Assembly (NCBI RefSeq): GCF_028368995.1
Contig: NZ_JAQNDL010000003.1
Location: 128,001-192,000, forward strand
From: Nannocystis bainbridge
GTDB lineage: Bacteria; Myxococcota_A; Polyangia; Nannocystales; Nannocystaceae
Direction: 5' to 3'
Length of the DNA stretch: 64,000 nucleotides
Position 1 is the first letter of the stretch. Each line of letters starts with the position of its first letter. The notes under the pieces are model-generated. The model saw only the letters and a list, made by a program, of their open reading frames with translations. It ran no database searches and had not been told where the DNA came from. The position numbers were made by a program, and so were the translations under genes. Below are positions 43,853 to 54,600 of this stretch, piece after piece.

Positions 43853-45472
43853 ATGTCGATGCATTCCCGACCGCTCTCGCTGCTCCTGCTCGGCGTCCTG
43901 GCCTCCGCCTGCCAGGGCGACGGCGGCGCCACCGACGGCTCCACCGACGCCACGGGCGCCACCACCGACACGGCGGGCCCGGCCACGGACGCGAGCTCCG
44001 ATGCGTCCGCCGATCCGACCGACGGCTCCACGAGCACCGCCTCGTCGACCAGCGCGACCGCCTCGACCACCGGACCCACCTCGACTGCCACCACCGACGC
44101 TCCGACCGCCACCAGCACCGATCCCTCTGCCACCGATACCGACACCGACACCGGCGCGCAGGGCCTCACCTGTCCGCTCGGCGATCGGCCCGGCGTGCAG
44201 CAGCTGGCGCTCGCCCCCGCGCTGTTCAGCGAGGGAGCAGATCTCTCCGATTCGGAGGTGTGCGCGATCGTCAACCCCGAGCGGGGCTTCCACGCCTATA
44301 CCAACCTGCGCGACCTCGACGGCGGCAGCCTGGCGAACATCGCCGCCACCGGGCAATCGGTCGTCTACGGCCAGGTGCTGCTGCCCGAGTACCGCCAGGC
44401 CCCGCTCGACGCCGTCGTGCTCGACGAGGTCGCGGCCGGCTTCGACGCCGTGCGCGAGGCCGGCATGAAGGTCGTGCCGCGCTTTCACTACTCCAACGCC
44501 GGCGACGAGCCCGACGCCGAGCTGTCGCGGATCCTGGGGCACATCGAGCAGCTCACGCCGCTGCTGCAGGAGCACGCCGACGTGATCCTCACCCTGCAGG
44601 CCGGCTTCATCGGCGCGTGGGGTGAATGGCACTCCTCGCAGCACGGCCTCGACGCGCCAGGTCCGCGCAAGGAGGTCCTCGACGCCCTGCTCGCCGCGCT
44701 GCCGCCCGAGCGGACCGTGACGGTGCGCCGGCCCTCGTTCAAGCAGGACGCCTACGGCGGCCCGCTGACCGCCGACACCGCCCACGACGGCAGCCCCCTG
44801 GCCCGCGTCGGCCACGTCAACGACTGCTTCCTCGCCTCCGACAGCGACTTCGGCACCTACGACGAGCCGGGCGAGAAGGACTACGCGATCGCCGATTCGC
44901 CGTTCGTGGCGGTCGGCGGGGAGACCTGCGCCGTGAATCCGCCGCGCTCCGAGTGCCCCTCGGCGCTCGCCGAGCTGGCCCTCCACAGCTGGACGCACCT
45001 CAATTCGTCATACAACACCGACGTGCTCGACAGCTGGAAGGAGGACGGCTGCTTCGCCGAGGTCGCCTGCCGCCTCGGCTATCGCCTCGCCGTCCGCGAG
45101 CTGCGCTGGGCCGACACCGCCGCCGCGGGCAGCACGCTGCCGGTCTCGCTCGATCTGGTCAACGACGGCTTCGCCGCGCCCGTCAATGCGCGCCCGCTGG
45201 TGCTCGTATTCGCCGGCCCGACCACCTTCAGCGCCACGGTCGACGCCTTCGACATCCGCACGGTCCGGCCCGGCGAGCCGCACAGCCTGTGCGCCGACGC
45301 GGCCATCCCCGCCGACGCCCCGCCCGGGATGTACCGGATCGGCCTGCGCCTCGCCGATCCGGCCCCGAGCCTCGAAGCCGACCCGCGCCAGGCGATCCGC
45401 CTCGCCAACGACACCGGGGTCGAATGGAGCGAGGGCGTCAACTGGTTCGATGCGACCGTCGTGGTCGAGTGA
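43853..45472 (+). CDS. DUF4874/DUF4832-like lipoprotein (putative glycoside hydrolase-like) with Thr/Ser linker
   Basis: NPERGF, QAGFIGAWGEWH, GHVNDCFLAS, VGGETC, RLGYRL; lipobox LASAC. Confidence 0.8.
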   Translation: MSMHSRPLSLLLLGVLASACQGDGGATDGSTDATGATTDTAGPATDASSDASADPTDGSTSTASSTSATASTTGPTSTATTDAPTATSTDPSATDTDTDTGAQGLTCPLGDRPGVQQLALAPALFSEGADLSDSEVCAIVNPERGFHAYTNLRDLDGGSLANIAATGQSVVYGQVLLPEYRQAPLDAVVLDEVAAGFDAVREAGMKVVPRFHYSNAGDEPDAELSRILGHIEQLTPLLQEHADVILTLQAGFIGAWGEWHSSQHGLDAPGPRKEVLDALLAALPPERTVTVRRPSFKQDAYGGPLTADTAHDGSPLARVGHVNDCFLASDSDFGTYDEPGEKDYAIADSPFVAVGGETCAVNPPRSECPSALAELALHSWTHLNSSYNTDVLDSWKEDGCFAEVACRLGYRLAVRELRWADTAAAGSTLPVSLDLVNDGFAAPVNARPLVLVFAGPTTFSATVDAFDIRTVRPGEPHSLCADAAIPADAPPGMYRIGLRLADPAPSLEADPRQAIRLANDTGVEWSEGVNWFDATVVVE

Positions 45473-45481
45473 CGCACCGGC

Positions 45482-45533
45482 GGCATGTCCCCGGGGACAT
45501 GTCCGATGAGCGCTGTCCGAACGGACAGCGCTC
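45482..45533. repeat. TGTC-N6-GACA tandem array / hairpin between convergent genes
   Basis: TGTC at 45486, 45500 and 45514 (14-bp phase); includes the hairpin GAGCGCTGTCCG-AA-CGGACAGCGCTC. Confidence 0.8.
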
Positions 45534-45535
45534 CC

Positions 45536-46000
45536 TCACGGCAGCATTGCGCCGGACGTCAGGTCGAAGGTGTAGGGCATCGGCGAGTCGGAGCCGTTGA
45601 GGGTGATGTTGAACTTCCAGGCCGCGATCTTCGCCTGCATGCAGGCGAACAGCGCGTCGTGCTTGAGGGTGCTGCGCTGCGGGTCGAAGCTCGTCTTCTT
45701 GACCTTGCCGTCGCCGTCGACCACGATCGTCGCCTTGACCCGCCCGGTCGGCGCATCCGGGGCCTTGCCGGCCGTTTCCTGCCAACAGGCCACGATCTCG
45801 CCGGCGTGCTCCTCGACCTTGCGGTTGAAGTTGGCGACGTCGAGGTACGGCGACTCCTCCTCGTCCGCAGGCGCCGCCGGATCGGCCGGCGCCGCCTCCT
45901 CGCGAACGTCAGCCGTCGGCGGCGGGCTCGACGCTGCCTCCTTCTTGCAGCCGAAGGTCAGGAGCAGCACCGAGACGAGCGCGAGGCGGAGCGAAGACAT
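45536..46000 (-). CDS. AgmX/PglI C-terminal (TonB-C-like) domain lipoprotein
   Basis: Lipobox TFGC; EIVACW..GRVKATIVVDGDGKV..LFACMQAKIAAWKF..YTF. Confidence 0.72.
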   Translation of the reverse strand: MSSLRLALVSVLLLTFGCKKEAASSPPPTADVREEAAPADPAAPADEEESPYLDVANFNRKVEEHAGEIVACWQETAGKAPDAPTGRVKATIVVDGDGKVKKTSFDPQRSTLKHDALFACMQAKIAAWKFNITLNGSDSPMPYTFDLTSGAMLP

Positions 46001-46177
46001 CGGCGCCGACGGTATCACAATCGCCGGCTGACCCGCCCACGCGCGCGACCGGGCGCGGGTCCGCTCGCCGCCACGCGCGGCCGGCAAACTAGCCCCGCTC
46101 ACGCGACACGGCCACGGCCGAGCGAGTTGCCCATCATCACATGTCCCGAAGGACATCCGCTCGGGCGCAAAGCCCAA

Positions 46178-47347
46178 TCAACCGAGCCCGGGCGGCAGCT
46201 CGCCCGACCACAGCGGCACCCCGCGCTCGTGCAGCGCCGCCGTCAACGCCGCCGCCTGCTCGCGCTGCCAATCCAGGCTGCCGGCGGCCGCCCAGCGCGG
46301 CTCGGCGAACTCCTGCTCTGCGCCCTCGACCCCGTGGAGCACGTCGACCCGCACCGACCCCGCGCATTCGGCCAGCGCGTCGGCCAGCGGCGCGATCGGC
46401 CCCGGCAGCAGCGGCTGCACGATCGCAAACGTGCGCAGCCCCGCCGCCTTGCACGCCTGCAGGGCCGCCAGCCGGGCCGGGATGCTGGCCGCTCGCGGCT
46501 CGAAGTGCCGCCGCGCCTCCTCGTCGATCGTCGGGATCGAGATCCCCGCCCACGCATTGGCGATCGCCGGCAGGACGTCGAGGTCGCGCTCGATCAGCCC
46601 CGAGCGCGTCAACAGCAGCACCCCCGCCTGCCACTGCGCGTCGCGCAGCGCCAGCAGCATGCGCCGCGTCAGCTGCAGCTTGCGCTCGATCGCGTGGTAC
46701 GGGTCGCTGACCACCGCGCAGAACTTGATCGGCGCCGGCGGCGAGGTCATGAGCTCGGCCGCCAGCACCTCGGGCGCGTTGACCCTCACGTCCACGTAGG
46801 AGCCCCACGGCGCCGGCGCCAGCCCCAGCAGCGCCCGCGTCTCGGCCACGTGCGACTGCGCGTAGCAGAACTTGCAGCCGATCAGGCACCCGACATACGG
46901 CGTCACCGTGTAATAGCGGCCGCCCTCGGCCGGCTCGAGCAGGCGCTCGACCGTCACCCCCCGCACGCGCGCGCCGGGCTCTTCACCTGTCTCTTCGGCC
47001 ATCTCGGCGTCGTGGGCCAGGGCCGCCAGCACCGCCTCCTCGCGGACCGCCGCGGCGCTCGCCACCGCCCGGCAGACGGTGACCCCGAGCGCGCGCAGGT
47101 CCGCCGAGACGACCTCGTCGAAGCGGTACGACAGCCCGAGCCGGCGCGTCTGCACCGCGCTGCGGCGGCCCGGGACCAGGCGGGCGACCTCGACGTGGAC
47201 CCGCGTGCCACCTGTCTCGAAGGTCAGGCGCGGCCCGCACTCGGTCGTGACCTCGGCGAGGCGCAGCCCCGGCGCGAGCTCGTCACCGCGAGCGAGCCCG
47301 CCGACGAGCGCGCGCAGGTGGACCTCGAGATCGCGGGCGCCGGGCAT
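46178..47347 (-). CDS. Radical SAM protein, spore photoproduct lyase-like family
   Basis: PYVGCLIGCKFCYA (CxxxCxxC), SDPY, LLTRS, FEPRAAS..RL. Confidence 0.85.
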   Translation of the reverse strand: MPGARDLEVHLRALVGGLARGDELAPGLRLAEVTTECGPRLTFETGGTRVHVEVARLVPGRRSAVQTRRLGLSYRFDEVVSADLRALGVTVCRAVASAAAVREEAVLAALAHDAEMAEETGEEPGARVRGVTVERLLEPAEGGRYYTVTPYVGCLIGCKFCYAQSHVAETRALLGLAPAPWGSYVDVRVNAPEVLAAELMTSPPAPIKFCAVVSDPYHAIERKLQLTRRMLLALRDAQWQAGVLLLTRSGLIERDLDVLPAIANAWAGISIPTIDEEARRHFEPRAASIPARLAALQACKAAGLRTFAIVQPLLPGPIAPLADALAECAGSVRVDVLHGVEGAEQEFAEPRWAAAGSLDWQREQAAALTAALHERGVPLWSGELPPGLG

Positions 47348-47411
47348 GCCGCCGTCGCCTATACCATGACATCGAGGCCGCAGCGGGCCAACGCCGGGAC
47401 CCATGACGAGA

Positions 47412-47441
47412 ACGACCTGGCGGCCATGGCCGCCAGGTCGT
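47412..47441. other. Perfect 30-bp palindrome
   Basis: ACGACCTGGCGGCCA|TGGCCGCCAGGTCGT. Confidence 0.8.
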
Positions 47442-47466
47442 CCTGGTTGCTCGGTGTTCTACTCGG

Positions 47467-47691
47467 CTAGCGTGTCAGACCGGCGCTCGCGTTCACCGCC
47501 TCGGAGGGGCGGTTCGCGGGGCGCTGCGGCCATTCGATCGCGAGCTTGAGAATGCGGCGCTTGAGCGCGTGGCGAGTGATCCCGAGCAACGCGGCGGCGC
47601 CGACGATGTTGCCGGCCTGGCTGAGAGCCTCGGCGCACAGTCGCCGCTCGGCCTTCTCGAGGTTGAATTCGTCAAGGATGATTTGGGCCAA
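47467..47691 (-). CDS. Stand-alone Fis-type HTH protein (74 aa)
   Basis: NLEKAERRLCAEALSQAGNIVGAAALLGITRHALKRRILKL; TTG start with GGAGG 5 nt upstream. Confidence 0.8.
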   Translation of the reverse strand: MAQIILDEFNLEKAERRLCAEALSQAGNIVGAAALLGITRHALKRRILKLAIEWPQRPANRPSEAVNASAGLTR

Positions 47692-48328
47692 TGAAACCTC
47701 CGTTTCGATACTCGCGGGAACGGGCAACATAATCCCGGCGAGCTCCAGATGCGAACAGCGCCAACTCACGGCCGCGCGGCCCCCACGAGCCGGTCCCGCG
47801 GCCCGAGATCGCGCATTGGAGTGTGGCTGGCAGCCCCCTGTGAATCGAGCGAGCTGTTCATATCATCAGTGTGTTCGCCGATTGCGGGCCGAATGATCTG
47901 ACCCGGCAGGTATCACCGCATCGCACATCGCCCGCGGCGGCGAGCGCGCGACCGGCGGAAGCCGCCCATACGTGGTGGCGAGGCCGCAGACCCGCCCCTC
48001 ACGCATGCGGCAGAGCCCGGCAAGCCACGGCAGCGTCGTGTCGCCGTCGCCACTCGCCGCGCCATTAGTCCGGTGCAACAGCAACCATTCATCGCCTGTC
48101 TCTCGGGCCATGTATTGTAAATATCCAGTCCATTGGATGTCGCCATCACTTCGCTTCGCAGTCTCGTGATTCGGCTCCAGTACGCGCTGCGCACCCGCAA
48201 CCCGCCGTCCGCAAACATCACAACCACGTCACGCCCGCGCGGCGCCGCGGTGAACTCCGCCGTGAGGCCGTTTCGCAGCGAAATCGCCAGTTCGCGTGTA
48301 CGCTCGGCCCGCTCCCCCGCGCCTCGCC

Positions 48329-49036
48329 ATGCCCGCCTCGATCCTCGTCGTCGACGATGAGCGCGATCTACGGTCCGCGATCTGTCACGCGCTCACGCGC
48401 GAAGGGTTCCACCCGCGCACGGCCGATACCGGCGCGCAGGGCCTCCTGCTGGCCCGCAGCGAGCCCCTGCCCGATCTCGTGCTGCTCGACCTCGACCTCC
48501 CGGACATGTCGGGCATCGCCGTGTGCCAGGCCCTCCGCGCCGACCCTGTCACGCGCGCGCTGCCAGTGATGATCGTCAGCGCGCGCGCCGAGGAGATCGA
48601 TCGCGTGCTCGGGTTCGAGGTCGGGGCCGACGATTACGTGACCAAGCCGTACAGCCTGCGCGAGCTGGTGCTGCGGATCCGCGCCGTGCTGCGCCGCCAG
48701 GCCCCGGCGCCCGCGGTCACCGAACGGGTCACCTGCGGCCGCGTGCGCGTCGACGCCGGCGCCCAGCGAGTCTGGCTCGACGACCGCGAGCTCTCGCTCA
48801 CCGCCCTGGAGCTGCGGCTCCTGATCCTGCTCGTGACCCGTCAGGGCCGCGTGCACACCCGCGAGGCGCTGCTCGCCGAGGTCTGGGGCCTGTCGCCGCA
48901 CGTCACCACGCGCACCGTCGACACCCACGTGCTGCGCCTGCGCGCCAAGCTGGGCCCGGCCGCCGGGCAGCTGCAGACGCTCCGCGGCGTCGGCTATCGC
49001 TTCGCGCCCGACGACGGCCTCGTCGAGCCGGAGTGA
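48329..49036 (+). CDS. OmpR/PhoB family response regulator (no adjacent kinase)
   Basis: ILVVDDE, LLDLDLP, GADDYVTKP, TRTVDTHVLRLRAKL, TLRGVGY. Confidence 0.93.
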   Translation: MPASILVVDDERDLRSAICHALTREGFHPRTADTGAQGLLLARSEPLPDLVLLDLDLPDMSGIAVCQALRADPVTRALPVMIVSARAEEIDRVLGFEVGADDYVTKPYSLRELVLRIRAVLRRQAPAPAVTERVTCGRVRVDAGAQRVWLDDRELSLTALELRLLILLVTRQGRVHTREALLAEVWGLSPHVTTRTVDTHVLRLRAKLGPAAGQLQTLRGVGYRFAPDDGLVEPE

Positions 49037-49173
49037 TCCCGCAATCGAACCACGCGCCCGGGTCTGCGCCTGAACGTGCAGCCGGGGCGAACCCGGGCGA
49101 GCCGCCGCCCTCGACGCGGCGCGCAGGCAGATCGGCCCGGCCCGCGCCCACGGGTCACGGGCCCGCGGGGCCA

Positions 49174-50031
49174 TCAATGCGTGACGAAGCGATCGCTCTC
49201 GCGCAGGCACGCCTGCAGCGCGTCCTGCAGGTTGCGGTGGCTGAGGAACGGCGAGATGTCGACCCCGAGGTTCGTCATCGTCTGCGCGATCGCGGGGTTG
49301 ACCCCCGACAGCCGCACCTGCCCGCCCAGCAGCCCGACCGCGCGGATGATGCGATACAGCTGCTCGGCCGTGGTCGAGTCGACCGAATCGACGCCGGTCA
49401 TGTCCATGATCGCGTAGCGGGCCCGCAGCCGCACCACCTCGGCCAGCAGCCGGTCCATGATCTCGGACGCCCGCTCGGCATTGACCGCACCGACCAGCGG
49501 CAGCGTGATGATGTTGTCCCACAGCTGAATGATCGGGGTCGAGAGGGCCCGGATCGCCTTTTGCTGGCGGGTGATGAGCTCGAGCTGATCGCGCGCGGTC
49601 TCCTCGGCGAGCTTGAGCGTGGTGATGTCGCGGACCACCCCGATCGCGCGGATCTTGCCCTTGTTGTCGGCGTCGGGCAGCGAATCGCCGAACACCTGCC
49701 ACCAGCGGATCTCGCCCTGGCGGTTGATCACCCGGTACTCGGCGAAGATCGGCTTGCCGGTCATCAGGTGGTCGGCGATCGCTTTCGACGACGTCCCCAC
49801 GTCCTCCGGGTGAATGGCGTCCCACCAGCTGCTGGCGACCTGGGGGAAGCCGCGCTCGGGGTAGCCGAGGAGCTCGGGGAACCGCTCCGAATAATGCACG
49901 GGGATGTTGCGGTGGAACGCCTGCTCGGGATCGACGGCCGGGTACTCCCAGATCCCGTCGCCAGAGACCGCTATCGCCATTGCATATCGTTCGAGAAGAC
50001 GGCGGATCTCCGTCTCGTCGTTCATCATCAT
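49174..50031 (-). CDS. PAS + STAS domain protein (RsbR-like)
   Basis: GDGIWEY..WWDAIHPED..EYRV..IRW PAS; LSTPIIQLWDNIITLPLVG..DMTGV..VDSTTA STAS; SD GGAGGA. Confidence 0.88.
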   Translation of the reverse strand: MMMNDETEIRRLLERYAMAIAVSGDGIWEYPAVDPEQAFHRNIPVHYSERFPELLGYPERGFPQVASSWWDAIHPEDVGTSSKAIADHLMTGKPIFAEYRVINRQGEIRWWQVFGDSLPDADNKGKIRAIGVVRDITTLKLAEETARDQLELITRQQKAIRALSTPIIQLWDNIITLPLVGAVNAERASEIMDRLLAEVVRLRARYAIMDMTGVDSVDSTTAEQLYRIIRAVGLLGGQVRLSGVNPAIAQTMTNLGVDISPFLSHRNLQDALQACLRESDRFVTH

Positions 50032-50411
50032 CGGCCCCTGTCCTCCGCGCCTCACCCTATCAGCCGGAGCCGTCGGCGAAAAGCGGCAAAGTTCCCGCCT
50101 GCTTCGTTCCCAACTCTCCACAAATGCATGCAGTGGGCGCGGTTTCGCTCATTCTTAGGCGAGGCCCCGACGACGAGTCGCGCAGCATCGAGCGGCCGCA
50201 GCGCGCCGCCGGGGCGCCTCTGCATCGGTTCCTCCGACCGCGCCGCACACGCCGGCGCAAACTCCGCGACGGGCGCCGATGTGAGTCTCCATTCTCCGGC
50301 TTTTCCGCGCACCCCCCTTCCGCCGCTGTGGTCGGCGTGGCATAGACCCGGGCGAATGGTGGCTGCACGTGGTGTAGCCATTCGGGTGGCCGTCGAGGAC
50401 GGGGGGCCGAC

Positions 50412-51572
50412 ATGATCGAGACCGAAGCGTGGGTGCTCTACGAGCGCTCCGGCGGCAGCGAATCCGCGCTGGATTCCGACGACTTCCGCCGCGAGACGTT
50501 CGCGTTCCCGGGGCCGGCCGGCGACGAATTGCTGGTGGAGCCGCTGTTCGGCAGCTGGGAGGGCAACATGACCCATTCGCTGCAGCGGCGGCCGATCGAC
50601 ATCTGCAAGCAGCGCGGCGAGCGGCGCGTCGTCATCGGCAACGGCAGCGTCCTGCGGGTCCTGCGGGCCGGGGCGGACGTCCGAGGGATCCACGAGGGCG
50701 ACGTGGGGATCCTTCACGGCGGGCATGTGCAGGATGAATTCGGCTACACGGTCCTGGTCCAGGGCTACGACGCGCCAGGCACCGTCGGCGTGCTCGCCAA
50801 GCGGACCAAGATCGCCGCGCGCAACTTCTTGCCGCTGCCGCTCGAATCACACCACCGCCTCGAACAGTGGGCCGCGTTCTCGGTCCGCTACCTGACCGCG
50901 TGGTCGAATTATCACCTCGCCCTCGGCGCCTACCGGCTGCAGGTAAACGAGCCGCTGGACCCCGCCCCCTTCGTGCTCGGCTGGGGCGGCGGCTCGACGC
51001 TCGCCGCCCTCGACCTGGCCCGCCGGGCCGGCTGTCGCGCCGCGATGGTGTCAGGCAGCCCCCAGCGACTCGCCGAGCTGGCCCGCATGGGCATCGTCGG
51101 CATCGACCGCAGGGCCTTCGCCGGGCTCGAATTCGACGAGGGGCGCTATGCGAGCGACCCCGAGTATCACGCGGCCTACCGCGCCGCCGAGAGGGCCTTC
51201 CTCGCGGCCGTGCACGACTGGACCGGCGGCCGCGGCGCGGCGATCGTGTTCGATTACATCGGCGCCCCGGTGTTTCGCGCCAGCGTCAAAGCGCTCGGCC
51301 GCCAGGGCGTGCTGGCGACCGCCGGCTGGCTCCTGGGCATGCAGACGACCGTCAATCGCGCGATCGAGTGCATCGGCCGCCACGTCCACGTGCATTCGCA
51401 TTACATCCGCCGCGCCGACTCGCCGAAGGCGATGCGCTACGCCGAGCGCGAGGGCTGGATGCCGCAGGTGTCGGAGATCTATTCGTGGGAGGAGATCGGC
51501 GGCCTGGCCCGCGCCGCCGCCGCCGGGCGCTTGCGCTCGTACTTCCCGGTCTATCGCGTCAACCCGGTCTGA
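50412..51572 (+). CDS. MDR-superfamily (zinc-binding dehydrogenase-like) oxidoreductase
   Basis: GroES-like N-domain, YLTAW, VLGWGGG, TGGRGAAIVFDYIG..SVKALGRQG; immediately upstream of the NRPS/PKS. Confidence 0.75.
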   Translation: MIETEAWVLYERSGGSESALDSDDFRRETFAFPGPAGDELLVEPLFGSWEGNMTHSLQRRPIDICKQRGERRVVIGNGSVLRVLRAGADVRGIHEGDVGILHGGHVQDEFGYTVLVQGYDAPGTVGVLAKRTKIAARNFLPLPLESHHRLEQWAAFSVRYLTAWSNYHLALGAYRLQVNEPLDPAPFVLGWGGGSTLAALDLARRAGCRAAMVSGSPQRLAELARMGIVGIDRRAFAGLEFDEGRYASDPEYHAAYRAAERAFLAAVHDWTGGRGAAIVFDYIGAPVFRASVKALGRQGVLATAGWLLGMQTTVNRAIECIGRHVHVHSHYIRRADSPKAMRYAEREGWMPQVSEIYSWEEIGGLARAAAAGRLRSYFPVYRVNPV

Positions 51573-51635
51573 CCGGGCCCCGGCGGCGTCCGTGGCGTGG
51601 CCACGGTGCCACGATTGCTGCGAAGGAGTGAGGAC

Positions 51636-54600
51636 ATGAAATCGGGGCTGCCCCTTGAATCGGTAGATCTCGCGGCGGCGCGGCGGGCCGTGATCGACGA
51701 TTGGAACGCCACCGCGATCGATCTCGACGGCGAGCGCTGCCTCCACGCCTGCGTCGCGGCCCAGGTCGCGCGCACCCCCGAGCGAATCGCCGTCGTCGCC
51801 GAGAGCGGCAGCTGGACCTACGCCGAGCTCGATCGCCGCGCCGATGCGATCGCCGCCGAGCTGCAGCGCCGCGGGGCCCGCCGCGGCACGCTCGTCGCAG
51901 TCTGCGCCGACCGCTCGTGCGAGCTGCTCGCGGGCCTGCTCGGCGTGCTCAGGGCAGGTGCCGCCTATGTGCCGCTCGATCCGGAGCACCCGCGCGAGCG
52001 CCTGGAGTTCATGCTCGCCGATTGTGGTGCCCCCCTGGTCCTGGCCCAGCGCCGCCACGCCGCGCTCCTGTCGGCGGCCGCGGCCACGCTCGTCGTCCTG
52101 GACGCATCATTCCCGCCCGCCGGGCCCGTCGCCGCCGAGGTCGGGCCCGACGATCTGATCTACGTCATGTACACCTCGGGCTCGACCGGTCGGCCCAAGG
52201 GCGTGATGAACATTCACCGCGGTGTCGTCAATCGCCTGCTCGACATGCAGCGCACCCTGCCGCTCGGCGCCGACGATCGCGTGCTGCAGAAGACCCCGTG
52301 CGGCTTCGACATCTCGGTCTACGAGCTGTTCTGGCCGCTGCTGGCCGGCGCGACGCTGGTGATGGCCCGCCCTGGCGGCCACCGCGATCCCGCCTACCTC
52401 GTCGAAACGATCGCCAGCCACGCGATCACCACCATTCATTTCGTGCCGCCGATGCTGGCCGCGTTCCTCGAGCAGGACGACCTCGGCCCGTGTCACTCGC
52501 TGCGGCGCGTCCTGTGCACCGGCGACGTGCTCGCGCCCGCGCTCGTCCAGGCCTGCCACGCGCGGCTCGACGTCGAGGTCTACAACCTCTACGGACCCAC
52601 CGAGGCCGCCATCGAGGTCACCGCCCACCGCTGCGAGCGCGACAGCGACACCGCCTCGGTCCCGATCGGCAAGCCGATCGCCAATTGCACGATCTACGTG
52701 CTCGATCCCGCCGGCGAGCCGGTCCCGCCCGGCACCGCGGGAGAGCTCCACATCGGCGGCGTGCAGGTCAGCCGCGGCTATTGGGGTCGCCCTGCCCTCA
52801 CCGCCGAGCGCTTCGTCCCCGATCCATTCACGGCAGCGCCCGCCCGGCGGCTGTATCGCACCGGCGACCTCGCGCGCTGGCGAAGCGACGGCGTGCTCGA
52901 GTTCCTCGGGCGCCTCGACCATCAGGTGAAGATCCGCGGCGTCCGCGTCGAGCCCGGCGAGATCGAGGCGGTCCTGCGCGAGCATTCGCAGGTCCGCGAC
53001 GCCCTGGTCGTCGTGCACGAACAGGCCAGCGAGCGCCGGCTCGTCGCGTATGTCGTGTTCGCCGGCGAATCACCCCACGACCTCGCCGCGCTGCGCGCGA
53101 GCCTGGCGAACCGCCTGCCCGCGGCGATGGTGCCGGCCGCGCTCGTGCCCCTCGCCGCGATCCCGGTGCTCTCGAACGGCAAGATCGATCGCAGCGCCCT
53201 GCCGCGGCCCGAGGCGCAATCACCCGAGCGCGTCGCGCCGCGCGGCCCGATCGAACTGGCGATCGCCGAGCTCTGGCAATCCGTGCTCGGCGCCGGTGAG
53301 TGCGGGGTGAAGGACGAATTCCTGGCGATCGGCGGTCATTCGCTGCACGCGGCCCAGATCGTCGCGCGCATGCGGCGAGCGTTGGGCAGGTCGATCTCGC
53401 TGGCGGAGTTCTTCGCCCACCCGACGATCGCGGGGCAAGCCGCGTTGCTCGCCGAACGCGCGCGCCCGGCCGAGGATGCGATCCCTGCGCTCTCTGCCGA
53501 TTCAGGCCCGCTCTCGTTCGCCGAGGAGCGGCTGTACTTCCTGCACCAGCTCGCGCCGGCCAGCCCCGCCTATCATTGCCCGCACGCGTTTCACATCACC
53601 GGCGAATGCGACGAGGCGCGGCTCGAGGCCGCCCTGCTGGCGCTGGTCGGCCGCCACGACGTCCTGCGCACCCGATACCTCGCCGAGGCCGGCCTCCCGC
53701 GGCGCGCGATCGATCGCCAAGCGCGCCTCGACCTCGCTCGCCGCGACCTGTCCCATCTCGCACCGGAGGCCCGCAGCGAGGTCCTCGCGGCCATGCTCGC
53801 CACCGAGGTCGGCCGGCCCTTCGACCTCGCTGCCGGCCCGCCGCTACGCGCCGGCCTCGTGCGCCTGGACCGCGACGCGCGGGTGCTGTGGCTCGTGCAG
53901 CACCACATCGTCACCGACGGCTGGACCGACGCGCTGCTGCTGCGCGAGCTCGGCCAGCTCTACGAGTTCGGGCAGATCGACGCCGCCCCGTCGTTGAACT
54001 ACGCCGACTACGCCGCGTGGCAGCGTCATGACCGGTCTGACCAGCATCACGCAGCCCTCGCGCGCTGGCAGGCTCGCCTCGCGGGCGCGCCGGCCCTGCT
54101 CACATTGCCGATCGATCGCCCGCGCAGTGATGCCTCGACGGGTCGCGGCGCGCGCGTGACCTTCGCCGTCTCGCCGACGACCCTGGCCCCGCTGCGTCAC
54201 CTGGCCCGGGCCGCGGGCGCCACCCTCGCGCACGCGCTCCTGAGCGTCTTCGTGGCCGTCCTGCGCCGCTTCGCCGATCAGGACGACATGGTCGTCGGCT
54301 TGACCACGGCCGCGCGCGCGCGCGTCGAGCTCGAGGAAGTCGCCGGCTTCTTCGTCAACACCTTGCCGATCCGGCTCGACCTCGCCGACGATCCGACGCT
54401 GCCCACCTTGCTCGCGCGGGTACGCGACGCGGTGCTCGCGGCCCACGCCGACGAAACCGTCCCGTTCGAGCAGATCGTGCGCACCGTGCGAGCCCCGCGC
54501 GACCTCGGCGGTTCACCGCTGGTGCAGGTCGCGTTCGCCCCGCAGCCGCGGATCGACACCAGCCTGCGACTGCGCGGCTGCGCGGTGCGGCCGATCGACC

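Noticed and set aside
47913-48227. Short minus-strand ORF faintly resembling a PAS fragment (VVMFADGGLRV..WSRITRLRSE)
   Set aside because: Similarity is too weak to judge by eye and codon usage is atypical, so a pseudogene call is not supported.
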